A stretch of 64,000 nucleotides of DNA from Azolla caroliniana (lineage: Eukaryota > Plantae > Polypodiophyta), in NCBI GenBank assembly GCA_043228905.1, contig JBHGNT010000007.1, forward strand, positions 620,001 to 684,000, read 5' to 3'. A model generated the notes under the pieces. The model searched no databases. It had not been told where the DNA came from and saw only the letters and a program-made list of their open reading frames with translations. Shown here in pieces: positions 28,538 through 41,478 of the stretch. How positions within the stretch are numbered: position 1 is the first letter of the stretch; every line of letters starts with the position of its first letter. Both the position numbers and the translations under genes were made by a program.

Positions 28538-30152
28538 CATAATTGGTGAGCAATGGCTTTAGTGGAATTGCTCTTGGTATTCCAATCATTCGCCTCCACA
28601 TTACTTTCTTTACTTTCTTCCTCGGAAAAGTTGAATAGCAATTGCATTGCGGATATGAACACTACCTTCCACCATTGCTTTGGTTGTCAATGAATCTTCT
28701 ACCTCCTTGGCAACTATTTGTAACCAAGATTAGAACATGTATATTTTATGTAAAGTTGTTCTTCACATTATTTGCCTTGATGATAAGAATCAACTATAGA
28801 TGGAGAAACTATGGTAATATGTCTCTTGTAGTTCTGGCAATTCTCAATGAACCAGAAATCATTCTACTAGATCACCTATGCAATTTGTACCATTTTTTTC
28901 TAATGCTATCATGTCAATTGAGGCATGTGAGCAAGAACGAGTTTTGATCTTCAGCACGTAGTCATTGATAGGCATACTCTTTCTGTGTACATTGTTCAAA
29001 CATTCCTTCTAAGCTGGTAATTGCAAGCATGTGTAGCCCAGCAAGATGTTGCTCAAGTTGCCTCACAAATCTTTCAGTGTTTCAGCTTCCTGCATGTTGC
29101 CCAGCATCATGATCCCTAGTATGTGTATCAAAAAGATTTATAAACCAGTTATTCATATATATTCAAAAAGAGTATATTCCCTTTGCAAAGTGGATTTTTC
29201 CACCTGTTCTCCCATAAGTGTATTCACAAACAAGTTATGATCGTATTTGACTTTTAATTAATGATTTCAACATGCTCATTTATAACATGAACCACAAGGA
29301 AACTTTCCCGCTACCAGTAAAGAAACATTGCTACAACAATATGGGAGGTATTTGGCATTCCAAAGAGTGCATTTACTGTACATTACGAGTTGATCAATTA
29401 CCAGAAAGTTGGGTACAACTATCAGATTCAACGCCAAAAGTCTGATATCATTGGAACACAAACATTATAGAAACGCAAGAATTCTAGAAATTTCAGCAAT
29501 TGCAACGGAATTTTGCCATGAGAACACAATAACACTTGGATAATCCCTTTCTCACAAGTGTAAGTAAAAACAGAGTTCTACAATAGTAACAAAAACATAA
29601 TGCTACAGGACTCAACCCTCCGGAGCTACTACATAGCTCACTTCTGAGGTGGTGCTTTCATATATACAATTTCCGAAACTGTAGAAGAGTCGGCTCATTT
29701 GTACTGTCGAAGGTTGTGTGTATACATAACATCTACAGAAAAGCTTATATACAAGCTTCCGAAACAAGATGTAACCACAAACATCAACATGGGTATATAC
29801 ATCTCTACAACCCATATTTTTGACAGGTATCAATATTCCGGCTATTCAATAGCACTGCCTTCAATAATATACCATAAAAGTCATTCCAAACTCCAAATAG
29901 AGTGGTAATTGACTACTTAGCCAACTAGCTATTGTCTATCATTCATTTGTTGGCAAAGTCTTCAAAGAGGCTTGAAGTTGCTTTGCGATGCATGATTTGT
30001 TGGCGAAGACTTGACATTGCTTTGCAATGCACAAGTAACCTTGTTGGATAACATACATAGCCTTATTTGTCTCACATAACTGGTGTTCCATAATATAAGA
30101 GCCATTGTTTGTAAAGTAACAATGCCTCCCCACTACCATACATTTTCGATAT

Positions 30153-33112
30153 TTAAAGAGAATAGGACATCTTGTTTTGGACAGCCTTTGAGGCCGCAAT
30201 CTTTGCAGCAATGGCAGACCGATTTGCATCAGCGACAGCCTTATTCACTCTCTCATTGACACGTGGCAACTTGTGAGCCTTTGATGCTGCATCCCTAGCC
30301 TCCTATACAAACAAGCAAAATATGTTTTGACACTGCTTGTAATCACCCTCTTTGACACATGCAACAATAATATCCACTTCATGAAAGAAAACCTTATGGT
30401 TCCTCGAATGTCTTCATATTCAGAACTCAAACTCATGAATGATTAAAAATTGAAGTGTCACATTAAAAACCCTAAGAATTTCGATTTTAATCATATATAC
30501 CTGTACAACATGTAAAACTTTTGAATGGTTAATAGCCATGGTTGCACGAGGCTCATAACTTTGAGTGCTTGGGGTTTGAAGCATCCCAGCATGCCAATGT
30601 CCGGCTTGGATTTCTCCATTACGGAAAGTGTACATTCCTAATCCTTGCCTTTTACCTTCATGCCATGCACCTTCATATCGATGACCATTAACAAATCGAT
30701 ACACACCATAGCCATGCATCTTGTCTGCAAAATACTCTCCTGCATAGGTATCACCATTCCTGCCACGCACTTCTTCAAATAAGACTCTGATCAACTGATA
30801 TAATACTATGGAATTCGACAAAGTCTTTGGGTCTCATCTCCAGCACTAATTTGATCTCAAATGGACTTTCTCTAGCATCCACTTTGACAGTAACCAGAAA
30901 TGATAATAACAGGTCACATGCTATTCAATATACCCATTTACCTCAAGTTCCAGTGTCATAACAAGATATGCTCATAGCATTACCTTAGGTGAGGGGCTGC
31001 CTAACCTGCCTAACCTCTATCCTATTGTGACCTCAAATGAATTATTAATGCACTGGCACATAACAATTGCCTACCTAAAAAGATAGATGTTGATAGCATG
31101 CTTCACACTCCACTTATCTCTAAACTTCCCAAGCGTATGATTAAGGCCCAAAATGGATCCCATGTATGTCCTTAGTTTGACCTCTAGCCCACAATCACTG
31201 TGTAGCTTTGGACTTCTTCTCACCTAGATGTGATTCCTAACGCAACAAGTTAGCACAACTTGGGGTCTTATCTCTATCTTTAATTTGACCACTAAACACA
31301 ATGAATGCACAGTTTGCGTCTTATCTGCATCATTAATTTGACATGCCAAACATAATTAATACACAATTACCTAGGCCTTACCTACCTGAAAATGATAGTA
31401 GCAAATGCCATGCTTCACATCCCACATGAACTCACCCACATATACCATTTCATGTGATCTCTAATGGATGAGTAATGCACAAATTGGATCTTTTTTCTAT
31501 CTTTCACTTGAATCCTAATGAATGATCAGAGCGCCGTTCATGAACACTCACCTTAAATGATAGTAATGGATGTTATGCTTCACACCCCATTGAATTCACC
31601 CACACATATCTATCCTTAATTTGGCCTCTAATGAATGATTACTGGATAACATGGGTTTTAACTTTATCATTAATTTGAAAATTCTAATGAAATTTGTAAA
31701 GCATGATTAATTAACACTTACCTGAAATGATAGTAACCGATGCCATGCTTCACCCCCCACTTGAATTCGCCAACATATCGGCTTCCATTGGAGCACATTT
31801 GGACACCTCTGCCATGGCTTTGTCCGTGCGACCATTCTCCACAATAAATATCACCTGTATAAAACTTATACATGCCATATCCATCTCTCAAACCACTCTT
31901 ATATTGTCCACAATATTGACTCCCAAGAGACCATGTCTCTACACCGTGTCCATCATATTTTCCATCTATCCAATCACCTTCATAGCTTCCACTCATATAG
32001 AAACAATATACTCCACTACCACAATATCTTCCATGATGATACTCTCCTTGGTATACATCACCATTGCTATATACTTCTACTCTTACCCCTGTTTTATTTC
32101 TCTGTTTCTTTAGAGAGCTTTCTTTAGCTTCCGTAGATCCGATAGTCCACCTAACTCTGGTTCCTTTCGTAAAATAGCTTTTTCCATAGAAATTCATGTT
32201 GAGCGGAAGAAGTGTATGAAATGACTTTAAGCATGAGAAAGCCAAGCAAGCTCTGCTATGGCTGAGCAGCGCTCTGAATTTGTAGAGTAAGTTGAGGTGA
32301 GGAAAAGCTATTCTCATTGAGATGAGAATTGCACTGAAGAAAAAGAGTAGAGCAATGTAGTCTGAAGGTATGTCTTCTGTGTGAAGGAGATCCTCCGTGT
32401 TATAGTTATAGCTATGGCTATGGCGATGATAAGGTGGTATGGTTATCCTTGAATACAAGTATAGACATGGAAAAATTATCACAACCAGAGGAGGTAACAA
32501 AAACCGAAGCTTGGAGCGTTTGTTGTAGTCATGAACTTGAGGAGCATAGCTACGGTTATGCTGACTGTTGTAATTGGGGCTTCGTAGACATATTTGGCTA
32601 TGGTGATGGTCAGGATTAGGATTTTCTTGAGAGATATGGCTATGATGGAGGACTGCAGAAGGAATTTCTTCAGATATATGGCTATGGTTGGAATTCAAAT
32701 TCTCTTCAAAGTTTTGGCTATTGGGACTGAGGCTAAGGTTTTCTGTAGGTAAGACAACACGGTGACTGCTAGATGTATAGTTAATCTTTTCTTCAGAGTG
32801 GTGAAAACTGTTAGATTTAGAGTTCTCTGTAGGGATATGGCTATAGCGCGGGCTGGTAGGTTTAGGGTTTTCTTCTTCATAGATTTGGGTTTGGCGAGGA
32901 CAGCTGAAATTAGCATTAGGGATAGGATTTTCTGAAGATATATGGCTATGGAGACCTTCTTCAAGACTTGCCAATATATCAATCCCTGATTTGAGAGTAG
33001 GGCAGCGAGTGAGTGATGAAGAACTGCGAGAAAGTTGCTTTACGCAAGCCATAGCTTCTTGTTTCTTGTTTCTTCTTCCGTCTTCTTCTTCTTCTTCTTC
33101 TTCAAGAAGCAT
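30153..33112 (-). CDS. MORN-repeat membrane protein; exons 33112 (or 33052)-31722, 30759-30501, 30302-30153
   Basis: Tandem YxGxW/Y..G.xHGxG MORN motifs (YSNGDVYQGEYHHGRYCGSGVY...NGDTYAGEYFADKMHGYGVYRFVNGHRYEGAWHEGKRQGLGMY), two hydrophobic segments, C-terminal VNKAVADANRSAIAAKIAASKAVQ typical of the plant family; start codon ambiguous. Confidence 0.92.
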
Positions 33113-36100
33113 TTCTTCCTGAGATCGCTTAATGAGCTGATAACATCTTGAAGCTTAGAAAGCTTTGCATCTTTACGACGTAAACCATTTAAAACGAGAA
33201 TTGTTTACATGAGCTTAATCCCATGTAAGCTACCAAACTGAAACCCTAAAAACCAGAGAAAATTACTCCTACACACCAAAAACCATAAACAAAGCAAAAA
33301 GAAACGTTGATTATTTATGCAAGATTTGAAGCTCCCACAGAAACCACAAAGGATCAGGGAAAAGGACTCATAAACCCTAAAAACAAGTGCAGAGATTCAA
33401 AAAACCTGATTAGCAGAGAAAGGAATCAGAAACCCTAAGATCAGAGACAAAGACCGAGAAAATACCCACAAATCCAAAACGGAAGAAGAGCGAAATTTAG
33501 AAACATGAGAAAACACAGCAAAGCCACGGGGCCCCTGCATAGGAGAGAAAAGACCAAGAATCCCTAAAAACCATAGCTTCAAAACAGAGCCTTTTATCAG
33601 CAGGCTACTTCAAGAGAAGCGGTGAGATATGGATGCGGAGAATCGGAAGCAGAGCTCAACTCATCGCAAGTGAAAGATTTGTGATAACTGATCGGTAATA
33701 AATAAATGAAAACATATACAGACAGAGAGAGAAATTTGCAAAGAAAATCAGGAACCCAAATCAGAGATAAGGGGTAGGGATTATCTGATTTCTTTTTTTG
33801 GTGGTGGTGGGTGCAGAGAATTTGTTGGAATTTTATTAAATTTGAAGAGGAGGAAGAAGAAGAAGACAAAGACTGAATGGGAGCATATATATCACAATCT
33901 CTGTTCAGGCTAAAAATGGAAATACTAAGAACAATAATTCAAATTATTGGGAGAAAACATTGGGAGAGTAGGCCTAAGGCCTAAAAGGCTATAAGTACTA
34001 AAGTTAAAAGAAAGAAAGAAAAGATAAAATAGGCAGGATATGGTGATAATGCCATTTATACATTCATTCTCCCAATGAATTATTCCACTGAGTCCTCTCA
34101 ACCAATTCTCTAATAATAAGATGATGCTCCCTCGAATTGGTCGAGACCCCCCTCAGGCTGGCATCTTTGGGAGCCTTTGTTGGACAATGGACGGAGACCT
34201 ATCGATCATCTGCTATTTGTAGCATATACATGTTCATTCGGTCGATTTAACCACCCTCAACACTGTTGGCCCTAAGTTCCCTTTGCAAACGTGTCTTGAT
34301 ACAGTGTATGATGTGATGAATTTTATTGATCACTATTTGATTCCGAATGGGCCAATCCATGGATATTGAGCCTCTATGCTGACGAAACGAGAATGAAAGA
34401 ATGAAGACAAAGGCCTAGTTTATCTGTATGTTCTTAGAATGGGCCACCAATAAACAAGGATCTTATCTATTGATCAACTAACTGCTTGTTATTCATTTAA
34501 GAAAGAGCCAAAAAATCGCAAAGATGTGTCGACACAACTTATATACCATGATAAGATGAATATCCTTCCCATACCTAAACCCAATTGATACGTGTTTCAC
34601 GAATGAACCAATAGAAATAGAGCATGCATTGATCGCATGATCATGATGAAATGAATTGCTTGTGGACTCTATTTCAAGCAAAATTCAGCCATTAGAATGA
34701 TTTTATTGGATGGGTATCAAAGAGACCATTCATGTGTGTGTGTGTGTGTGTGTGTGTGTATCCTTCTCTTTCTTATGTGTCCTTAAAGCTAAAGTTATCC
34801 AAAAACTTTTCTTATCCTTCTTTTGAGGAGCTTCTTCGACGAGGCCAAGCAAACTTCATACTTTACACGTATGTAGTATGAATTATTACACTGTTTCAAA
34901 AGGGTAGGGCCATAGTGTTGCAAATTGTCAACTCGTGCCAAGATTATGTTGAACCTTTGCAATACCTTTTAGCCCACATTGTGATTATTCGATGATTTTA
35001 ATACATTAGGTTCTTTTCATTTGAAGATCCCCTTTAAATTGTAATTATGCGTAATTTAAACTTGAACGAGCATCAAAATTTAAAATTCAAAGGCATGCGT
35101 AGATCCTTTTATATATGTATTTTGACATAAGACGTTGGATGATAATGACTCGTGTCTCTTTTATTCTAACTCCCATGTCCAAACATCACATTCGAGCACC
35201 TCCTTTTGAATTCAAATTCTTGCACATTCAAAAGGAAGTGGTATCACTTGGAACAAGAAAGGTCGTCCTTCAAACAGTTTGTGATTTTGTGAAGGATGCC
35301 ATCTCAGCCCATAAGACATTACATTACTTCACGCCACTCAAGCGTTGAGCAAAAGAATGAGCTAAGTTGATACATTGTTAAAACTGATTTCTCTTGGAGT
35401 CAAATTGTCATGAGCGCTACTACTTACTTTTATTTTATCAAATAAAGATAAACATGCCTACCATGGTCCATAATGGAGATGAAATCCCACATGAAATAGG
35501 ATTTTTCCCTAATAAATATCACATTCATTTCCCTTATGAATAATGCCAAATGTTTACTTGATTAGGCCGAATAAATAATGTATGTATTGATTTGAGAGAG
35601 ATCACAAATACTTCTAAGGATCCTTGCATGCGGGAAAAGGTGATGTTATGTTAAGAACAATTCCCTTGCTAGTAAACAAAATCGCGTGTGATCTTCTCGA
35701 ACATTTGTAGTTGGTGAGCCAAGAGAAGTCCCTTTCAATGTGCGCTCACACACACAAGGTTGTATTTCCATTCTAGAATAATTAGAACTGATTTTAAAAT
35801 TCTAGTACTCACAAGCTAAAACTTGTATACAGGTTAAGTCGTCTCCTTAAGTATATGCTCATGTATTATGTTAACATTCTCTAGTTCTAGGACACACAAA
35901 TTTAGCATAAGGAAACATAGTGAGAAAAGTGTGATCATATAGGCACAAATACTATGTAGACAAAGAACATTGTTAGATGCTTACAGATTAGGTGCCTTTA
36001 TGTGTTTGGACAATTTAGGAGAGTCCTAAGGAACAAGCCAGTGGCCACCTCAAAACATTATTGGTTTTTGCATCTAAAAGTGTTTATTGCGATTTGAATC

Positions 36101-38108
36101 CCACTTGGTTAGTTAGCCTTAACTGAGTAAGGGACATGCTTTCCCAATCTTGGCACAAAATATAACTCATTATCAAATATAATTTTGTTGTTCATGTTGA
36201 AATTTTTAATTTTATTCATCTTTTATGTATAGCCTTAGGGCGTTTCTTAATACTAATGTCGTATCCTTTTTGGATTTTATTATTAAATTTTATTGTTAAT
36301 TCATTGCTACCAAACACAAGATGAAAATGAGGTGTTAATACTCCTAAACCCACTAGTGCAAAGACCCATATAAATGATCTTTTAGAAACTCCCTCCATCC
36401 AAAGAAACCATGATGCATTTATAAGCTTTCAAATATATTGCCATCGGATACAATGAAAATTGGTGCCAACTATGTTCAATGACAACTCTATAACAAAAAC
36501 AAAATCCATCAACTATGTTTCTCCTTTTGAAAGCATTTGCAATAGACAAAAAACCAATTAATGTAAGTAGGTATCTAGAGCTATAAACTAGTGGCAATCA
36601 TTGTCGGCCAACGCGAGCCCGATCCTTTGCCTGCAATGGATGGAGGGTGGGAGGTGAGTAGGAAACAACCAACATGGGGGCTGATAGTTCCACCTTGAGT
36701 TGTTTCCTCATTGTGTCACCATCGGTGTGTTCCTCCATTTCTAACAAAAGTGTAAGCGGGTAGTGACCATGTCGTCAGAGTGGCTGCAAACCTCGTCCAC
36801 TTGAAATCCTATGGGTCCCATTCTAGTTCAGCGAGGGGCAGATTACCATAGACACACAACTTCCAATGGGGTTCCACCTTCGTTAGTGTGTGTCTTCTAG
36901 TTGTTGCCAGCCTGCTCCACCAGTTCGATCGAGTGCCAGGTGCCACTACTCTGGCTCTCCCCAAATAATGTAGCCCCTCCAAATCCGCTCATGCCCTTCA
37001 ACAAATGAATCATTCCAGCCTCATCAAAGAGACCGAACCATGTATCTCCTCTCACATCCCCCACCTGAATCCTGTCAACCGCCTCTGCTATCAGTTTCCT
37101 CTTCTTAACTCCCTTGCGGGGAGGGATTGGGTCCTCCCTCACCCCTCTAGGTTACCAAATATATATATACCTTTTCTTTAAAAAGATGTGAGCGCCACCA
37201 TCTTTTGACCATGTCATGCCAATATAATCAGACCTTTGAAAATCCTATACATTTGACACTATATCCATAATCTCTGTGTGTTTATTAATGATGTTACAGT
37301 CAACATTAATCCTTATATTTACCATCCTCTTGCATCCTTCAAATCAAGAATCCGCTTGACTTGACTTGGGCATGGTAAAATTGACATTTGTTATTACTTA
37401 TCTCGAACACTTTGATAACTTCTAGGGATTTGAAACCTCATCCTTACAATTTGGAAAGACATCAATCTACTATGAACTTCCAATATGCCATCTCGCACTA
37501 TAACTAAACCCAACCTAGTCATATTTTTAAACTTTAAACATACAAAATGCTTTCCCTCCAATGCAAACAAACTTGGTGTTGCTTACATCTCTTGCAAAGA
37601 ATTAATGATTATGAACATATGCACAAAATACATATATGCATTTGTAGAGATTTTAAAAGACACCCATAACCGTAATCACTTATAACCTTCACCAATGTGT
37701 CATGGATTTTAATACAAAATCATCTCCTTGAATAAAGTTGTAACTTAACAACCCCTTAGCTTGTGTGACTACGTTGGGTATCTTAAGTTGACTTTCCAAA
37801 TTTTTGTATGATCCCATCCAAATCCATCTTTATTATTTCTATGGTACATGTACATGAATTGGAATTTTGGAGAGGAAGTTACATGGAAAAAGAATCTAAC
37901 AAATGATGGGAATCCAACCCAGATTCTGGGAAATCTAGTGCCCAACCAATTGGGCAACACTAGTGCTTCAACCAACGGAATTATGCAGGAGAAAAAAAAG
38001 TAATTTTGGCAAAAAGAAAGAAAATAAAAGAAAGAGGAAAACCTTTGGGTTATTTAATTACCCAAAGGTTCACTTGAATTGGGCATTCATTTAGTCACAA
38101 TACCTATT

Positions 38109-38198
38109 GCCACCGTTGTAGTTGTCACTCGATGACAATGTCCGATGACAATGTCCGATGCCACCGTTGTAGTTGTCACTCGATGACAATGTCCGATG
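38109..38198. repeat. Two-copy tandem repeat with internal gatgacaatgtcc sub-repeat
   Basis: gccaccgttgtagttgtcactcgatgacaatgtccgatg occurs twice. Confidence 0.85.
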
Positions 38199-38525
38199 TA
38201 GCCGCGGAAATCCGAACCTAGGCTCACCGCCTTGAGTGTTTGCTCCCCCCTTCCCATATACCTTTCCAACCTCTCTCTTCACACTCATTTCCATATATTT
38301 CCCAGATTTCGTTTTACTTAAGAACATGCCCTACAGAGAGAGACGGCCTACCCCAAGGGAATTAAAAAGGGAGGGGAAATTTACTTTCCCCAAATACCCC
38401 TCATTTCCTACAAGAAAATATCGTATACCCATTTCCTACCCCACTCACCAAAATTTACACATAAACTCCCATAATCCATTTCCACACACTCACTTACCCA
38501 CTTACTTAGTTACAAACTTTATGCC

Positions 38526-38526
<1 letters not shown>

Positions 38527-38562
<36 letters not shown>
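38527..38562. repeat. (CA)n microsatellite (a (GT)n also lies at ~34733-34759)
   Basis: Directly visible. Confidence 0.95.
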
Positions 38563-38566
<4 letters not shown>

Positions 38567-38659
38567 TGTCGTGGAGGAGTCTGATCACTAGGAGAAAGGT
38601 CCATCAGATGCGTGTGAACAAGGGTGTGGATGAATGCACATGAACTAGGTCTTATGTAC

Positions 38660-40072
38660 TGTTAAGAATTAGGTGATTAATTAAGGGTTAATTAGTACCT
38701 AATTATGTGATTAGTTGATAAGTGGAAGATTAAGTGATATGTGTGTGAGAGGAAGAGAGAGAGAGGAAGTTAACACTTATGAACACGAGACAAGATGGGG
38801 GATGATTAACTATATTAAAAAGCATCATCAAATACAAAAATACCCACAATGAGGTATATATACATCTCATGTGCAAAGGTGCACATGTGTGAGTAGAATA
38901 TAGGTACTAAGGTGTATGTCCTATTTTAAATGTACTTAGGAATGGAGGATCGAGAATATCCCACTTAAGTACAAGGTCCTATTTAAGGCGTTATAGTCAA
39001 CACTTCTAACTAGATTCTATCTAGGTAACTACGAAGTTATATGGTTGACTAACTTACTAAACTAAGTTGAGCTTGATCTCTCAACACGCCCCCTCAAGCT
39101 CAAGTGTGAGGCGTCTGAGATCCGCTTTGGCTTTCATCGGCTTCGTGTACTTCTGTCCGGTCTTCGGCCTTTCCGAGGCAATCTCGGTTCCTCCCCCTCA
39201 AGCCAGTGACAAAGGCTTAGTGACAAAGGCTTGTAGTGTGTGGATGAAGGCTGAATGCTCCTACCCATCGTGGGTTACGAGCCACTTTTGTAGAGCTCTC
39301 GGGCTCTTGTTCGACTGCTACCTTCATCGTGAAGGCATAGTGATGGGCCATGTACTTGTTGTAGCCGAGCTGAGTGACATGGTTCTTTGCTCTAGATGAG
39401 CGTCGAGGTTTTTCGCTCACCGATGTGAGCGCCTTCTTTACTCCGGGTGTCCGCATGATGGGTACACCAAACTCACTGTCTAGTGAGGGAGCCGACACAT
39501 CCGAATCACTGTCGTCGGGGTGGTCGACTTCGTATTAGGGCATCTTACCTTTGCCTTTGTTTGTGCTTGGACTTGGCCGCAATGTGCTTGGGTCGTGTGA
39601 AGGCTCGGGTGGTCCACTTCACTTTGTTGTAATTGGACTTCCTTTGAACATGCGCATAAGTCGATCTTCGTCTTCTACACCTTGTTCGGTGTATTCCGGG
39701 TCGAGCGGAGTTGGACTCGAAGCTGTCTCTGGTGCATACCAAGATGCGGACTCATAAAAAACGATGTCTCGACTTACTTGAACTTTTCGAGTCAAGGGGT
39801 TATAGCACTTTTATGCCTTCTTCTCGGATGAGTATCCTATGAGGATACATTCCTCTAACTTCGCGTCGAGCTTCTGTCGTTGTTCATTTGGGATGTGTAC
39901 ATTCACAATGCTTCCGAACACCTTGAGGTGCAACAGGATCGGCTTCCTTCTGATGAGGAGCTCTTATGGAGTTAGCTCATGCACTCCATTAGTGGTGCAC
40001 CGGTTCATAAGATAGACGGCCGTGGATGCCACTTCGGCCCAATAGAAATTCGACATGTACTTCTCATGCATC
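38660..40072 (-). mobile_element. Copia element A (outermost): 3' LTR 38660-39086, PPT, internally deleted RT/RNase H and integrase remnant; interrupted at 40073 by element D
   Basis: TG...CA LTR followed by cgccccctcaagct (PPT on minus strand); minus-strand WAEVASTAVYLMNR, HLKVFGS, CYNPLTRKVQVSRDIVF, YMAHHYAF with stops. Confidence 0.85.
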
Positions 40073-41478
40073 TGTTGGGAAAATCGGTCTCTCCGGATGG
40101 GATTCAGTGATGATTAAAGAGGACCCGGTGAGAACCGGAAGAGAAGACAGATTTGTAAATATGTCTTCAATAAGCCCATTGAGGCTATATTTGTAAATAG
40201 CCCTAAGTCCATATAACTATAAGTATGACTTAGGGCAATCACTTTAGTGAGAGCGTGTTGTGTGCTTGTAAAAGAATACGTTGTGCGGAAGCATGTGCGT
40301 AAACACAGAGTACACAGTTCAGAGGAATAAGACAGTTCGGTAAAACATAGAAAAGGAAAATATGGAGATGGAGAGACAGAGAGAGAGAGTAGACAATAGA
40401 AAACTTAGATTCAAAAAATGACACTCTGTTCTGTGTGTGTACATACTTTGTGCTCAGTGAGCACCTTATATACAAGCCCTGACAATCAGGATGACACAAG
40501 TATTGACAGTACTTGAAGCTCATAAATGAGCCACTACACTCACTCCCAAAATTATTCCTTACGAGGAATATCTCTCTAACGGCCTTTCGGTTTACGCACC
40601 GATACGGCCAGGTTGTGCGTACTAACTTACGCGTCCAGTCTACGCACTGGGTTATGCGCCATATTACGCACCCAATGTTGAGCTTGTCACTCAACACTCC
40701 CCCTCAAGCTCAACTTGAGGTTCCTCTTGCTTCACTAGATCTACGCTCCGGTTCCTTTTGGCTTCACGCCTCGCTCGCGCTCCTCCCTTTCGATTCCGCG
40801 CACCTCGACCCTTTTGGTCGGCTTGTCTGCCCATTTGGCCCTACTCAACTCCCTTGTTGTCGCGGTGTCGCGGTGTCCTTCGCCGCCCTTTTCTCCGCAT
40901 GGCCTTCAGTTGATTCGGCGTATCCAAATCGAACATTCCGATTGAATCGAACACTTCCGATTCAATTCTGCTTTGATTTGAATTGGCTGTCTCCAATTCG
41001 TCTTTAGTCTTTAGGCCTTTGACTACATCAGACCACGTCTTGGTCTTGGCCTTTACGCCCTTCTTGGCTATATCTCCCCCTGATTTGGCTATCCTCGGCT
41101 CTTCCTTATGCTTACGGTCCTTGCTTCTGTCTTCGGCTTCTTCAGCCGGTTCGAAGTCAAATTCTCCATTCGACTCCGCATCTCGGTCACTTCTGCCGTG
41201 ATGCTTACCTTCGCTCCTTTCACGCTCTTGTTCCTATTTGTCTTCCCTTCTCCCCCTCAAGTTCAGCGTGTCGAGGTGACGCAACCCAAGCGCACCCGAG
41301 AAATGTCGTAACTTGTCAAGGCTAAGAGGTTTTGTGAAGATGTCAGCAATCTCCCGATCAGTCGAAACATGCACCAATTCGACTTCTCTTGAAAGGACCC
41401 GCTCGTGGACAAAATGGTAATGCACCTCAATGTGCTTGGTCCGGGCGTGGAACACGGGGTTCTTTGCAAGGTGGATAC

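Noticed and set aside
30153-33112. SET7/9 histone methyltransferase or PIP5K
   Set aside because: Only MORN repeats are present; no SET or kinase domain.
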